From Chloroflexota bacterium (GTDB lineage Bacteria > Chloroflexota > Limnocylindria > QHBO01), in assembly GCA_003243965.1 (NCBI GenBank), contig QHBO01000045.1:38552-102551 (forward strand): a stretch of DNA of 64,000 nucleotides, in the 5' to 3' direction. How positions within the stretch are numbered: position 1 is the stretch's first letter; each line of letters begins with the position of its first letter. A program made the translations under genes and the position numbers. This document shows, piece after piece, positions 18,514 to 28,271 of this stretch. Below the pieces are notes generated by a model. The model saw only the letters and a program-made list of their open reading frames with translations, did not search any database and had not been told where the DNA came from.

Positions 18514-20093
18514 GCCGCGCGCAGGACGCCCGCCACCTCGCCGAGCGTGACGTCGGCCTCGACGCAGGCGCGGATGCGCGGCAGCACGTTCTCCGTTCCG
18601 CTCGCAGCGGTCGCGAGCGCAGCGCAGGCGGCCGCGGCGCGACCGGCGTCGCGGCCATCGCGGATGGCTCGGGTCCGTTCGATCTGGCGCCGCTCCGCCG
18701 CGGCGTCGATCCGCTGGGGCGCCGGACGCTGCTCGGCCTGGTCGGCATCGGTGAACGCGTTCACGCCGATCACCACCTGCTCATCGCGCTCCACCGCCTG
18801 CTGGAACGCATACGCCGCCTCGGCGATGGCACGCTGCTGGTGTCCCTCCGCGATCGCGGCCAGCGTCCCCCCGCGCTCATCGATCTGGCGCAACTCGTCC
18901 CACACCCGCTCCTCCATCTCCGCGCCCAACCGCTCCAGGAAGTAGGACCCGCCGAGCGGATCCACGGGCGCAACCAGTCCCGATTCGTATGCGAGCACCT
19001 GCTGGGTGCGCAGCGCCAACCGAGCGGTGGCGGGCGTCGGGAGGCCGAGGGCCTCGTCGAGCGCGTTGGTGTGCAGCGACTGCGCACCACCCAGGATGGC
19101 GGCCATGGCTTGCACCGTCGTGCGCACCACGTTCACATCCGGCTGCTGGGCGGTCAGCGTCGAGCCACCGGTCTGCACATGGAAACGCATTGCCATGCTC
19201 CGTGGATCGCGAGCGCCGAACCGCTCGGCCGCGGTCCGGGCCCAGACGCGGCGGGCCACACGGAACTTCGCCACCTCCTCCAGCAGATCGTTGTGCGCCG
19301 CGAAGAAGAAGGAGAGGCGCGGGGCGAACTCGTCGAAGGCGAGCCCCGCGGCGAGCGCTGCCTCGGCGTAGGCGATTGCATCGGCGATCGTGAACGCCAC
19401 CTCCTGGACCGCGGTGGCCCCCGCCTCGCGCATGTGGTAGCCGCTGATGCTGATGGTGTTGAAGGCGGGCAGCTCCGTGCGGCAGTAGGCGAAGGTATCG
19501 GTCACCAGGCGCATCGAGGGTCCGGGCGGGAAGATGTAGGTCCCGCGCGCGACGTACTCCTTGAGAATGTCGTTCTGGATCGTGCCGCGCAGCTGACGGG
19601 GGTCGACGCCGCGGCGACGACCCACCGTCTCGTACAGCACCAGCAAGATGGCCGCGGTGGCATTTATGGTCATCGAGGTGCTGACCCGATCCAGCGCAAT
19701 CCCATCCAGCAGGATCTCCATGTCCGCGACGGAGTCGATCGGGACGCCGACCCGTCCCACCTCCCCGACCGCCATCAGGTCGTCCGAGTCGTAGCCGATC
19801 TGGGTCGGCAGGTCGAAGGCGACCGACAACCCCGTCTGCCCGGAGGCGAGGAGGTAGCGGAAGCGGGCGTTCGTCTCGTCGGCCGAGCCGAACCCGGCGT
19901 ACTGGCGCATCGTCCACGGACGCCCACGGTAGCCATCGGGGTGAATGCCCCGGGTGAATGGAGGTTGTCCCGGCTCCCCGAGGTCCGCGGCAGGGTCCAG
20001 GTCGCTCGTCTCGGCAGGGCCGTAGACGGTGCCCACCTCGATTCCCGAGCTTGTCGACCGATGGGTGGGGCGCGGCGGCTGCGGGGCGCTCAT
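18492..20093 (-). CDS. methylmalonyl-CoA mutase, catalytic (N-terminal) subunit without a B12-binding domain
   Basis: 533 aa from ATG 20093 (MSAPQ...). MCM TIM-barrel motifs: [62 protein letters not shown]. No C-terminal cobalamin-binding (DxHxxG) domain in this gene or in the window. Confidence 0.85.
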   Translation of the reverse strand: MSAPQPPRPTHRSTSSGIEVGTVYGPAETSDLDPAADLGEPGQPPFTRGIHPDGYRGRPWTMRQYAGFGSADETNARFRYLLASGQTGLSVAFDLPTQIGYDSDDLMAVGEVGRVGVPIDSVADMEILLDGIALDRVSTSMTINATAAILLVLYETVGRRRGVDPRQLRGTIQNDILKEYVARGTYIFPPGPSMRLVTDTFAYCRTELPAFNTISISGYHMREAGATAVQEVAFTIADAIAYAEAALAAGLAFDEFAPRLSFFFAAHNDLLEEVAKFRVARRVWARTAAERFGARDPRSMAMRFHVQTGGSTLTAQQPDVNVVRTTVQAMAAILGGAQSLHTNALDEALGLPTPATARLALRTQQVLAYESGLVAPVDPLGGSYFLERLGAEMEERVWDELRQIDERGGTLAAIAEGHQQRAIAEAAYAFQQAVERDEQVVIGVNAFTDADQAEQRPAPQRIDAAAERRQIERTRAIRDGRDAGRAAAACAALATAASGTENVLPRIRACVEADVTLGEVAGVLRAAWGEHRE

Positions 20094-20151
20094 CAGGCGC
20101 CGATTGTAGTCGGCGGTCCGACGCGTCCCATGCGCAGCCGCCGCGCAGGTG

Positions 20152-20619
20152 CTACTCGAGTCGGAGCAGGATCGCCCCGGCGGCAACGGTCGCGCCCGCG
20201 GCAACCATCACCTCGAGGACACGGCCGGCGCGCGGGGCCCGGACCTCGTTCTGCATCTTCATGGCCTCGATGGTGACCAGTGGCGCGCCCTCGACCACGT
20301 CGCTCCCCGGCTCCGCCTGCACCGCGACGATCAGTCCCGGCAGGGTGGCCCTGACCTCGAGCGGCCCGGCAGCGCCCTGGGCCGCCACGTTCGCCTCTGC
20401 CAGGACGCGCTCCCGCCAGGTCCGGAGCTCAACCCGCAGGCGGCGGCCACGCAGCGTGACCCACCACTCCTCGCCGCTGCCCTCGACCGCCGCGAGGATC
20501 GAGCCCGCGTCGCCGCCAAGCGAGATGAGCCCGTGCGGGAGATCCAGGATGCGGACCTGCCAGCCGTCGGCCGGCTCGATGTCGCGGCCGTCGATCCGGG
20601 CTCGATAGCGGCCGCTCAT
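20152..20619 (-). CDS. biotin carboxyl carrier protein (biotinyl domain) with an uncharacterised N-terminal domain
   Basis: The C-terminus carries the biotin attachment motif EAMKMQNEV, with biotinyl-Lys in AMKM. Start is ATG 20619 ([11 protein letters not shown]), with an ATGA overlap onto the upstream BC stop. Confidence 0.75.
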   Translation of the reverse strand: MSGRYRARIDGRDIEPADGWQVRILDLPHGLISLGGDAGSILAAVEGSGEEWWVTLRGRRLRVELRTWRERVLAEANVAAQGAAGPLEVRATLPGLIVAVQAEPGSDVVEGAPLVTIEAMKMQNEVRAPRAGRVLEVMVAAGATVAAGAILLRLE

Positions 20620-22109
20620 CGAAGTGCCCCGCGACGGGCGGCGATCCCCCACGCCGACTGACCGGAGGCCCCGCCAGGTGGCCTGCGGGCGGAGGCCGCA
20701 GGCCCCACGTCGCGCAGGTAAGAGGCCGCGCGGGCCGCGAGCGCCATCTCCTGGGTACTGGGTGGCGGCGCGGACCAGCGTTCCGCGATGAGGTTCGTGT
20801 CGTAGTCGCCGGCGGCGAAGCCCGGCTCGTCAACGAGCCATCGGAAGAAGCCTGCGTCGGTCTGCACACCCCCCACAACGGTCTCATCCAGGACACGCCG
20901 CAGCCGAGCGATGGCGCCGGCCCGGTCGCCGGCATGGACCATCAGCTTGGCGAGGAGGGGGTCGTAGTCGGGCCGCACGTCGGTATCGGCGCTGACGCCG
21001 GCATCGACCCGAACCCCCGGGCCGCCAGCCATCCGCCAGGCCTTGACCCTGCCCGCAACCGGGGCGAAGTCGTTCCACGGGTCCTCCGCATACAGCCGCA
21101 CCTCGATCGCGTGACCGTTCGGCTCAGCGTCCACCACGCCGCGGGGCAGGCGCTCGCCCATCGCAACCCGCAGCTGCCAGGCGACCAGGTCGAGACCGGT
21201 CACCAGCTCGGTGACACCATGCTCCACCTGGAGGCGCGTGTTCATCTCCAGGAAGTGATGCCGCCCGTCGGCGTCGAGAAGGAACTCCACGGTCGCCGCG
21301 CTCCAGAACGCGACCGCTCCGGCCACCCGGCGGGCGCTCTCGAACAGCGCGGCCCGGATGTCGGGTGTCACCGCCGGAGACGGCGTCTCCTCCACGAGCT
21401 TCTGGTTTCGTCGCTGAACGCTGCAGTCCCGCTCCCCCAGGCAGGCGAGCGATCCACGACGGTCCCCCAGCAGCTGGACCTCCACGTGCCGCGCCGGGGC
21501 GATGAGCCGCTCCGCATAGACGGCCGAGACCCCGAACGCAGCCACCGCCTCGCGGCGGGCCGCAGCGAGCGCCCCCGCCAGCTCCCCCGCAGTGTTCACC
21601 CGCCGCATCCCCCGGCCGCCGCCGCCGGCCGCCGCCTTGAGCATCAGTGGAAAGCCGATCCCATCCAGATCCCCCTGCGGACCATCGAGCGGCACCGTCA
21701 GCCCCGGCACGATCGGCACCCCCGCCGCCCGGGCCGCGCGTCGCGCCGCCAGCTTGTCGCCGAGTGCGGCAATCGTCGCGGGCGGCGGCCCGACGAACGT
21801 CAGGCCCGCCGCCTCGACTGCCGCAGCGAACTCGGCGTTCTCCGAGAGGAATCCGTAGCCGGGATGGATCGCGTCGGCGCCGCTGCGGGCGGCGGCGGCC
21901 AGCACGGCCCCGATGTCCAGGTAGGACTCGGCAGCCGGGGGTCGACCAATCCGCTCCGCGCGGTCGGCGAATGCGACATGCAGCGAATCGGCGTCCGCAT
22001 CCGAGTACACCGCCACGCTGTCGATGCCCATCTCGCGGCACGTGCGGGCGATGCGCACCGCGATCTCGCCCCGGTTCGCGATCAGCAACCGGCGAATGAG
22101 CCGCGTCAC
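20616..22109 (-). CDS. biotin carboxylase subunit of acyl-CoA (propionyl/acetyl-CoA) carboxylase
   Basis: 497 aa beginning RRLLIANRGEIAVRIARTCREMGI. An ATP-grasp BC domain; no fused BCCP. Confidence 0.9.
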   Translation of the reverse strand: MTRLIRRLLIANRGEIAVRIARTCREMGIDSVAVYSDADADSLHVAFADRAERIGRPPAAESYLDIGAVLAAAARSGADAIHPGYGFLSENAEFAAAVEAAGLTFVGPPPATIAALGDKLAARRAARAAGVPIVPGLTVPLDGPQGDLDGIGFPLMLKAAAGGGGRGMRRVNTAGELAGALAAARREAVAAFGVSAVYAERLIAPARHVEVQLLGDRRGSLACLGERDCSVQRRNQKLVEETPSPAVTPDIRAALFESARRVAGAVAFWSAATVEFLLDADGRHHFLEMNTRLQVEHGVTELVTGLDLVAWQLRVAMGERLPRGVVDAEPNGHAIEVRLYAEDPWNDFAPVAGRVKAWRMAGGPGVRVDAGVSADTDVRPDYDPLLAKLMVHAGDRAGAIARLRRVLDETVVGGVQTDAGFFRWLVDEPGFAAGDYDTNLIAERWSAPPPSTQEMALAARAASYLRDVGPAASARRPPGGASGQSAWGIAARRGALR

Positions 22110-22116
22110 CGCGTGG

Positions 22117-22134
22117 CGTCTTTGCGCAAAGACG
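22117..22134. repeat. perfect 18-bp palindrome CGTCTTTGCGCAAAGACG (copy 1 of a recurring motif)
   Basis: Lies between the pccB stop (22144) and the BC start (22109). AT-rich relative to the ~70% GC background. Confidence 0.5.
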
Positions 22135-22143
22135 GCACCCCGC

Positions 22144-23694
22144 TCAGAGTGGGATGTTGCCGTGCTTCTTGGCCGGCAACGACTGGCGCTTTCCTTCCAG
22201 GACCGACAGCGCCGATGCGATTCGCTCGCGCGTCTCCGCGGGGCGGATCACCTCGTCGATGTAGCCGCGGCCGGCGGCGATGTACGGGTTCGCGAAACGC
22301 TCCTCGTACTCCGCGATCAGGGCCACTCGCTCAGCTTCCGGGTCGCGAGCCGCCGCGATGCGGTCGCGGAACACGATGTTGACGGCGCCTTCGACACCCA
22401 TCACCGCGATTTCGGCGGTCGGCCACGCAAAGTTGAAATCGCCCCGAATGTGCTTGCTGCTCATCACGTCGTATGCGCCGCCGTACGCCTTCCGAGTGAT
22501 GACCGTCACCTTCGGGACCGTTGCCTCGCAGTAGGCGTACAGCAGCTTGGCGCCATGGCGGATGATTCCCCGATGCTCTTGCTCGACGCCGGGAAGGAAA
22601 CCGGGGACGTCGACCAGGGTCACCAGCGGCACGTTGAAGCAATCGCAGAATCGCACGAAGCGCGCCGCCTTGTCCGATGCATCGATGTCCAGCACGCCGG
22701 CCAGCACCTCCGGCTGCTGTGCCACGATTCCGACGCTGCGACCTTCGATCCGCGCGAACCCGCAGATGATGTTGCGGGCGAAGTGGGCGTGGACCTCCAG
22801 GAACGATTCGCGATCCACGATGCCGACGATTGCGGTGTGCATGTCGTAGGAACGCTGCGCCGAATCCGGAATCAGCAGATCGAGCGTCTCCGGCGCGCTG
22901 GTGGGAGGATCCCAATCAGCGAGCCGGGGAGGAAGGTCGATGTTGTTCGGCGGGAGGTACGAGGTCAGGCGTCTCGCGAGCTCGAGTGCCTGCGGCTCGC
23001 CGGCAGCCAGGAAGTGCGCGACGCCGCTCCTCTCGTTGTGGATGCGCGCGCCACCGAGCCCCTCGAAGTCCACCTCTTCGTGGGTGACCGTCTTCACCAC
23101 GTTCGGCCCGGTGACGAACATGTAACTCGATCCGTCGACCATGATCGTGAAGTCCGTGATCGCCGGCGAGTACACCGCCCCGCCGGCACACGGCCCGAGC
23201 ACCAGCGAGATCTGGGGCACCACACCGGACGCCAGCGTGTTGCGCAGGAAGATCTCCGCGTAGCCCCCCAGGCTCACCACGCCCTCTTGAATGCGGGCAC
23301 CGCCCGAATCGGAGAGGCCGATGACCGGCATTCCATTTTCCATCGCGAGGTCCATCACCTTGCAGATCTTCTCCGCGTGCGTCTCGGACAGGGAGCCACC
23401 GAAAACGGTGAAGTCCTGGCTATAGGCGAATACTGGTCGCCCGTCGATGGTTCCATGGCCGGTGACCACTCCGTCCCCGAGATAACGCTCTTCGTCGAGG
23501 CCGAAGTCGGAGGCGCGATGCGTGACGAACGCATCGAGCTCCCGAAACGAGTCCTCGTCGAGTAGAAGCTCCATTCGTTCGCGGGCAGTCAGCTTCCCGC
23601 GCGCGTGCTGTTGCTCGATTCGCTCCGCGCCCCCTCCGAGTCTGGCCTCGCGGCGCAACTCTTCCAGGCGTGCCAGCTTGTCGGCCGTCGACAC
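22144..23694 (-). CDS. pccB: propionyl-CoA carboxylase beta chain / methylmalonyl-CoA carboxyltransferase
   Basis: 516-aa carboxyltransferase with duplicated crotonase-like halves ([25 protein letters not shown] ... [17 protein letters not shown]). Confidence 0.9.
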   Translation of the reverse strand: MSTADKLARLEELRREARLGGGAERIEQQHARGKLTARERMELLLDEDSFRELDAFVTHRASDFGLDEERYLGDGVVTGHGTIDGRPVFAYSQDFTVFGGSLSETHAEKICKVMDLAMENGMPVIGLSDSGGARIQEGVVSLGGYAEIFLRNTLASGVVPQISLVLGPCAGGAVYSPAITDFTIMVDGSSYMFVTGPNVVKTVTHEEVDFEGLGGARIHNERSGVAHFLAAGEPQALELARRLTSYLPPNNIDLPPRLADWDPPTSAPETLDLLIPDSAQRSYDMHTAIVGIVDRESFLEVHAHFARNIICGFARIEGRSVGIVAQQPEVLAGVLDIDASDKAARFVRFCDCFNVPLVTLVDVPGFLPGVEQEHRGIIRHGAKLLYAYCEATVPKVTVITRKAYGGAYDVMSSKHIRGDFNFAWPTAEIAVMGVEGAVNIVFRDRIAAARDPEAERVALIAEYEERFANPYIAAGRGYIDEVIRPAETRERIASALSVLEGKRQSLPAKKHGNIPL

Positions 23695-23712
23695 TCGGGT
23701 CCTCCAAGGTAG

Positions 23713-23788
23713 GTGGTGGGCCCAGCAGGGATCGAACCTGCGACCCGCCGGTTATGAGCCGGATGCTCTGACCACTGAGCTATGGGCC
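23713..23788 (-). tRNA. tRNA-Met (anticodon CAT, elongator type; tRNA-Ile2/lysidine not excluded)
   Basis: Minus strand reads GGGCCCATAGCTCAGTGGTCAGAGCATCCGGCTCATAACCGGCGGGTCGCAGGTTCGATCCCTGCTGGGCCCACCA. It forms a 7-bp acceptor stem with a G1-C72 pair, a D-arm (GCTC/GAGC), an anticodon loop CTCATAA, a GGTTCGATCC T-arm, and encoded CCA. Confidence 0.85.
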
Positions 23789-23821
23789 CGGGCACGGTGG
23801 ACAAGTCCGAGTATAGCCACC

Positions 23822-23839
23822 CGTCTTTGCACAAAGACA
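23822..23839. repeat. palindrome CGTCTTTGCACAAAGACA (copy 2)
   Basis: 34 nt upstream of the tRNA-Met 5' end and ~105 nt upstream of the parA start. Confidence 0.5.
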
Positions 23840-23945
23840 TCGACATCGGAGCACGTTGTGGATAACCCCGATGACCGGCGGTGGAGGCGACGGCTATCAT
23901 CGGTCTGTCGCAGTCGCGACCTCCCGGGCTTTCGTAGCAGGCAAG

Positions 23946-24722
23946 GTGACGCCGTTGACCAAGATAATCGCCATCGCAAACCAGAAGGGCGGCGTCGGGA
24001 AGACCACCTGCTCGATCAACCTCGGCGGCGCCCTCGCCGAACTCGGCTACCGGGTCCTGTGTGTGGACATGGATCCGCAGGCGAACCTCACCGTCGGCCT
24101 GGGGATCGCGCTCTCCGAGGTTCGCGAGTCGATGGCGGATGTCCTCTCCGATGATCGCGTCCCGCTGCAGCAGATCGTCAGGCCGGCGGAGATGGCCGGC
24201 CTGTCTGTTGCGCCGGCGACCCTGGAGCTGGCGTCGACGGAGGTCGAGCTGTTCACCGCCATCGGTCGAGAGATGGTGTTGCGCGACGCGCTGTCGGGAT
24301 GGGTCGAGCGACAGTTCGACGTGCTGATCATCGACTGTCCGCCCACGCTCGGCCTGCTGACGATCAATTCGCTCGTTGCATCGTCACGGGTGATCATTCC
24401 GGTTCAGACGCAGTACTACGCGATCAAAGGCCTCACGGCGCTGATCAAGGTGATCAACACCATCAAGCTCAAGCTGAACCATGACCTCGAGATCCTCGGT
24501 CTGCTGGCGACGTTCTACGACGGCCGCACGGTGCTCGCGCGCGAGATGCTCGAAAACCTTCGCGAGCTGGGCGACCATCGCGTCTTCGACACGATGATCA
24601 AGAACACGGTGAAGCTCGGCGAGGCGCCACTCACCGGGCGGCCAATCACCGAGTACGCAACCAACTCATCCGCTGCCCGGGCGTTTCGCGACCTGGCACA
24701 GGAGGTGATCGAGCTTGGGTAG
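23946..24722 (+). CDS. parA: chromosome partitioning ATPase ParA/Soj
   Basis: Deviant Walker A KIIAIANQKGGVGKTT, in a ParA-family sequence. Start assigned to GTG 23946 (TTG 23955 is an alternative); the ORF-track start at 23856 adds an unlikely N-terminal extension. Confidence 0.85.
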   Translation: MTPLTKIIAIANQKGGVGKTTCSINLGGALAELGYRVLCVDMDPQANLTVGLGIALSEVRESMADVLSDDRVPLQQIVRPAEMAGLSVAPATLELASTEVELFTAIGREMVLRDALSGWVERQFDVLIIDCPPTLGLLTINSLVASSRVIIPVQTQYYAIKGLTALIKVINTIKLKLNHDLEILGLLATFYDGRTVLAREMLENLRELGDHRVFDTMIKNTVKLGEAPLTGRPITEYATNSSAARAFRDLAQEVIELG

Positions 24723-25689
24723 TCAACGCCCCATCCTTCGCCAGAACATCCAGCGGCTGTTCGACGAGGCGGCCAACACCGATCTCGCACCCGGCATCGT
24801 CTCGCTGATCGAGTCGCGCGCGACACATGCACAGCTGCGCGAGCTGCCGGTTGAGCGCATCCTGCCAAACCCCGCCCAGCCGCGGCTCAGCTACGAGGAG
24901 GACTCGCTCACCGAACTGGCGGATTCGATCCGCGAGCACGGCGTCCTGCAGCCGATCCTCGTCAGGCCGGTCGGTGCGAAGTTCGAGCTCGTCGCTGGCG
25001 AGCGCCGCTGGCGAGCGTCACGGATGGCGGAGCGGGTGAGCATCCCTGCCATCGTGGTCGACTTCGACGAGCAGACGGCGCTCGAGGTGTCGATCATCGA
25101 GAACCTCCAGCGCGAGGACGTCTCGCCGCTGGAGGAAGCGACGATGTATCGCAAGATGACGGATCTCGGATATTCGGTGCGCCAGCTCGCGCAGAAGATC
25201 GGTAAGGACAAGGGCTACGTGGAGAATCGCCTCCGCCTGGCGGATGCTCCGCCGGAGATTCGCGAGCTGGTGTCTTTGCGCAGAGACACCCTCAGCCATG
25301 CGTATGAGCTGATGCGGATCGACGACGAGCGGACGCGTCGACGCCTCGCCAAGAAGGTCGCCGCCGGTGAGCTGACACTCGCCAAGTTGCGGGCCCTCAC
25401 CGGGGTCCCGGCGGACGGCGACGCGGACAGCGGTGCCAAGCCCGTGCGCCGGCGGGCAAAGACGGTGGCGGGCACGTTCGCCGCTGCGAAGGCTGCCGAC
25501 GACGCGCTGATGAACACCCGCGGCCGCCTGGCCGACTCGATCGATGACCTGGTCGACCTGCTCCGGCAGCCGGATGTCATCCACCAGATCCCGGACACGA
25601 ACCGCGACAACCTGGCGAAGCACCTGACGATCACGAAGCTCAAGCTCGAGAACGCGATCGCCATCATTCGCGCCACGCGCGAGGAGTGA
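24715..25689 (+). CDS. parB: ParB/Spo0J partition protein
   Basis: ParB N-terminal box (ILPNPAQPR ... LVAGERRWRAS) and an HTH. Immediately downstream of parA; TTG start overlaps the parA end. Confidence 0.85.
   Translation: MGSQRPILRQNIQRLFDEAANTDLAPGIVSLIESRATHAQLRELPVERILPNPAQPRLSYEEDSLTELADSIREHGVLQPILVRPVGAKFELVAGERRWRASRMAERVSIPAIVVDFDEQTALEVSIIENLQREDVSPLEEATMYRKMTDLGYSVRQLAQKIGKDKGYVENRLRLADAPPEIRELVSLRRDTLSHAYELMRIDDERTRRRLAKKVAAGELTLAKLRALTGVPADGDADSGAKPVRRRAKTVAGTFAAAKAADDALMNTRGRLADSIDDLVDLLRQPDVIHQIPDTNRDNLAKHLTITKLKLENAIAIIRATREE
25271..25288. repeat. palindrome TGTCTTTGCGCAGAGACA (copy 3, one mismatch)
   Basis: Inside the parB coding sequence, encoding LVSLRRDT. Confidence 0.5.
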
Positions 25690-25714
25690 GCCGGCAGCCG
25701 CCGCCGGAGGCCCG

Positions 25715-26227
25715 CTAACCGCCGCCGGCGACCCGCTGACCCCCGCCGGCTGGGCCCCCGCCGGTCGCCTCGCGCGCCAGCGCCGCCTCGATCTCGTCGA
25801 GGTGTTCGCCGCGGTGCGCGGCGCGGTTCAGGTTCAACGGGCTCTCCGGATCGTTGGGCCACGCGGCCGACGCCTCCTCTGCCGACAGCGAGGCGACCAT
25901 GGCATCGGTCCGCTGGGCGATCTCCAGGGCCAGCCCAGCGGCGATCTCCGGAGGGATGGCGTGGATCAGCGGGCGGGCAGCGTCGTTGATCCAATCCACG
26001 TCCTCCGGCTCGGCATCGGACACTGAGAAGGGAACGCCGCGCCTGAGCCGCTCCGCGAGCACCAGGGCGCGCCCGTCCCAGAACGCGAGGTGGCCGAGAA
26101 CGCCGGCGATCGACCAGGCGTCGTTGACAGGACGGCCAAGGTCCCGGTCGCTGAGGCGTTCCACCAGCGCTCGCATGCGCCCCAGCTGCTGGGCGTTCTC
26201 CTGGAGATGACTGTCGCGCTCCCCCAT
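25715..26227 (-). CDS. DinB_2 / mycothiol-dependent maleylpyruvate isomerase N-terminal-domain family protein
   Basis: 170 aa with the DinB_2-like WSIAGVLGHLAFWD motif. Its start is TGATG-coupled to the upstream ORF. Confidence 0.55.
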   Translation of the reverse strand: MGERDSHLQENAQQLGRMRALVERLSDRDLGRPVNDAWSIAGVLGHLAFWDGRALVLAERLRRGVPFSVSDAEPEDVDWINDAARPLIHAIPPEIAAGLALEIAQRTDAMVASLSAEEASAAWPNDPESPLNLNRAAHRGEHLDEIEAALAREATGGGPAGGGQRVAGGG

Positions 26228-26583
26228 CAGGCGGTGTACGACATCACTTCGGCGTTGCGCACCAGAAAGTCGACGAGCTTGCCCCTCGCCTCGGGGTCGA
26301 TGCGGCGCAGGCCCGCAACGGCCCGTGGCAGCTCGAAGACCGGGGCGGCAAGCTGACCGGCGGTGTCGATCCCGATCACATGGTCAGGCCCGCCGCCGAC
26401 CAGAAACGCCCGCTGGAAGCCGCGGGCGTCGAGCCCCGTGACGGTGCAGTACGAGCCGATCGCGTTTCCCACGCCCATCCGCTTGGCGAAATCCTGGAAC
26501 AGGTCACCCGCCCAGGTGTCGATCTGGTCATCGCTCTGCGCGTTGACCATCTCGCGGTAGGCCTTCTCGTCGGTTGAGCTCAC
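26227..26583 (-). CDS. hypothetical protein (118 aa)
   Basis: High GC3 ORF whose stop overlaps the DinB_2 start. No family recognised. Confidence 0.45.
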   Translation of the reverse strand: MSSTDEKAYREMVNAQSDDQIDTWAGDLFQDFAKRMGVGNAIGSYCTVTGLDARGFQRAFLVGGGPDHVIGIDTAGQLAAPVFELPRAVAGLRRIDPEARGKLVDFLVRNAEVMSYTA

Positions 26584-26599
26584 GCGGCTCCCTCGGTCT

Positions 26600-27250
26600 G
26601 TGGACGGCGATTCTAGCCGAGCCTGCCGCCGGTCGGCACCGCCGCGCCGGCCACCGCGTGGCTGCTATCCTGCCGCGGTGATCAACCGCGCCGGCGATCC
26701 GAGAACCGAGGACACGATCGTCTTCGACCTGCTGCGGATGCCCGCCGGCGCCAGCGAGCCCGAGCCTGAGCCCGTCGGCTCCGCGACGTTCCGCGCCGGG
26801 CGCGCCACCGTCGAGGCTCCCGAGGCGATCTCGGTGGCCGTCGAGGAGCTCCTCAGTCGAGCCTTTGTCGATCGCGTTCATTCCGACGAACGACCGCGCG
26901 GCTACCGACGCACCGGCCAGGGGATGGTGGACATGCTGGTTCCCGGCATGCCGGAGCACTTCATTGCTCGCCTGCGGGGGCTGTGGCTCAGCTATCCGGA
27001 CGGCTCTGTCGTCACCGCCCGCAGGTCCGGTCTGCTGCCCGGGACAGCGCCGCCCGTGCTGTGGGGGCCGCGCCTGTCGGAAGCCGGGGCACCGGTCACT
27101 GACCCCGCGGTCAGGCGCGCCAGCCTCGCGCTCAGCGACCGGGCCACCGGGCGCCGGCCGCTGGTCCGCGGCAATCCACCGATGACCGGCCTCAGACCGG
27201 CCGACCAACCGACGGGCGTGCGGCGCACGGACTGCGGCTGGCCGGTCTGA
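26600..27250 (+). CDS. hypothetical protein (start uncertain; ATG 26738 possible)
   Basis: A plausible coding composition distinguishes it from the Arg/Pro-rich opposite-strand ORF. No recognisable domain. Confidence 0.35.
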   Translation: MDGDSSRACRRSAPPRRPPRGCYPAAVINRAGDPRTEDTIVFDLLRMPAGASEPEPEPVGSATFRAGRATVEAPEAISVAVEELLSRAFVDRVHSDERPRGYRRTGQGMVDMLVPGMPEHFIARLRGLWLSYPDGSVVTARRSGLLPGTAPPVLWGPRLSEAGAPVTDPAVRRASLALSDRATGRRPLVRGNPPMTGLRPADQPTGVRRTDCGWPV

Positions 27251-27351
27251 AGCTCGTCGTCGCGCAACGCGTGGCGAGGCTGGACGGCTTTCGCGGGAAT
27301 CTCCAGTGCGCATCGGCTGCACCCCCTGTCGGCGCCGGGTATCATCGGCGC

Positions 27352-27561
27352 ATGTCACGCCGTCTGTACATGCTGCTCCCGGCCCTGATCGCCGCAGTGG
27401 CCATCGTCTACTGGCGCATCAGCTACGAATGGGCGGGCGCCACGATGCTGCTCATCTTCTCGCTGGCGATGGCGGTCTACGGCTGGGTCCTGCTGCCCAC
27501 CGCCGATAACATCGGTCCGACCGCCCCGGTCGACCCGGACTTCGAGGATCCCGGCCGTTGA
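27352..27561 (+). CDS. small hypothetical membrane protein (~69 aa, 2 TM)
   Basis: MSRRLYMLLPALIAAVAIVYW ... LLIFSLAMAVYGWVLL: two hydrophobic helices. Confidence 0.35.
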   Translation: MSRRLYMLLPALIAAVAIVYWRISYEWAGATMLLIFSLAMAVYGWVLLPTADNIGPTAPVDPDFEDPGR

Positions 27562-27590
27562 GCCGCCTGACACAGCCGAGCTGAGGGACC

Positions 27591-28271
27591 TCAGCGGATG
27601 CCGGTGTCGTAGCTCAGGGTGACGGTTGGAGTCGGCTGATCCGGGAGTACCGTGATCTCCGCCGGCTGTGCGGTTCCCAGCATCCCGGGGACCGGCTGGG
27701 GGACGATCCGATAGGTGCCCGGCCCGACGGCCAGGGCAAAGGTCCCGTCGCCGCGTGTCGTCGTCCTCGCTACCTGTCTGCCCGACCGATCCTCGACGAC
27801 CACGACCGCGCCTGGCACGGGCCGCTCGGCGCAGCCCGGGTCGGGGGGGTAGCGCTGGACGGGGCAGGTCGGGCCGGCCAGCGCGATCCCAGAGATGCCC
27901 GGAACAGCGCCGGGGATTCCGGACGGCAGCGCATCCCCGCTCTCGCCGGTCGGCCGCACATCTCCCGCGGCACTGACATGGAATCCCCAGCGATGCTGAC
28001 CGATGCAGCCGGCCGGGCAGTCCCCCCACCCCATCCGCACCGTCACATTCCAGCCATCGGCGGCCGGCACGACGACGTACCAATTGGCCTGACCGATGAG
28101 CTTGTCGTCTCGGGCGCGGATGCCGGAGAAGCGGGGATCCTGTGCGAGCACGAGGCGGGCCGCCGCCGTGGCGTCGACCGTCGGCGCGGGGCTCCCGCCG
28201 CCCACGGCGGCGCACCCCGCCAGCCCGATCAGGGCGACCAAGGGCAGCGAGAGGCGGATCGACCGGCGCAT
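27591..28271 (-). CDS. putative lipoprotein with a carboxypeptidase-regulatory-like (CarboxypepD_reg) beta-sandwich domain
   Basis: Signal peptide with lipobox (MRRSIRLSLPLVALIGLAGC) and a C-terminal GDGTFALAVGPGTYRI motif. Confidence 0.55.
   Translation of the reverse strand: MRRSIRLSLPLVALIGLAGCAAVGGGSPAPTVDATAAARLVLAQDPRFSGIRARDDKLIGQANWYVVVPAADGWNVTVRMGWGDCPAGCIGQHRWGFHVSAAGDVRPTGESGDALPSGIPGAVPGISGIALAGPTCPVQRYPPDPGCAERPVPGAVVVVEDRSGRQVARTTTRGDGTFALAVGPGTYRIVPQPVPGMLGTAQPAEITVLPDQPTPTVTLSYDTGIR

Noticed and set aside
18501-20276. 591-aa + strand ORF antisense to methylmalonyl-CoA mutase, plus other mirror ORFs (22024..23565, 34245..36485, 39975..41846, 41515..42729, 44527..45870, 46144..46950, 48197..49441, 15816..16895)
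   Set aside because: All are antisense to strongly supported genes and show the Arg/Gly/Pro-rich signature of spurious high-GC ORFs.
23700-23950. Possible integrated mobile element or genomic island next to tRNA-Met
   Set aside because: No integrase, transposase, attachment-site direct repeat of the tRNA 3' end, or phage genes were seen on either side. The neighbours are parAB and a metabolic operon.
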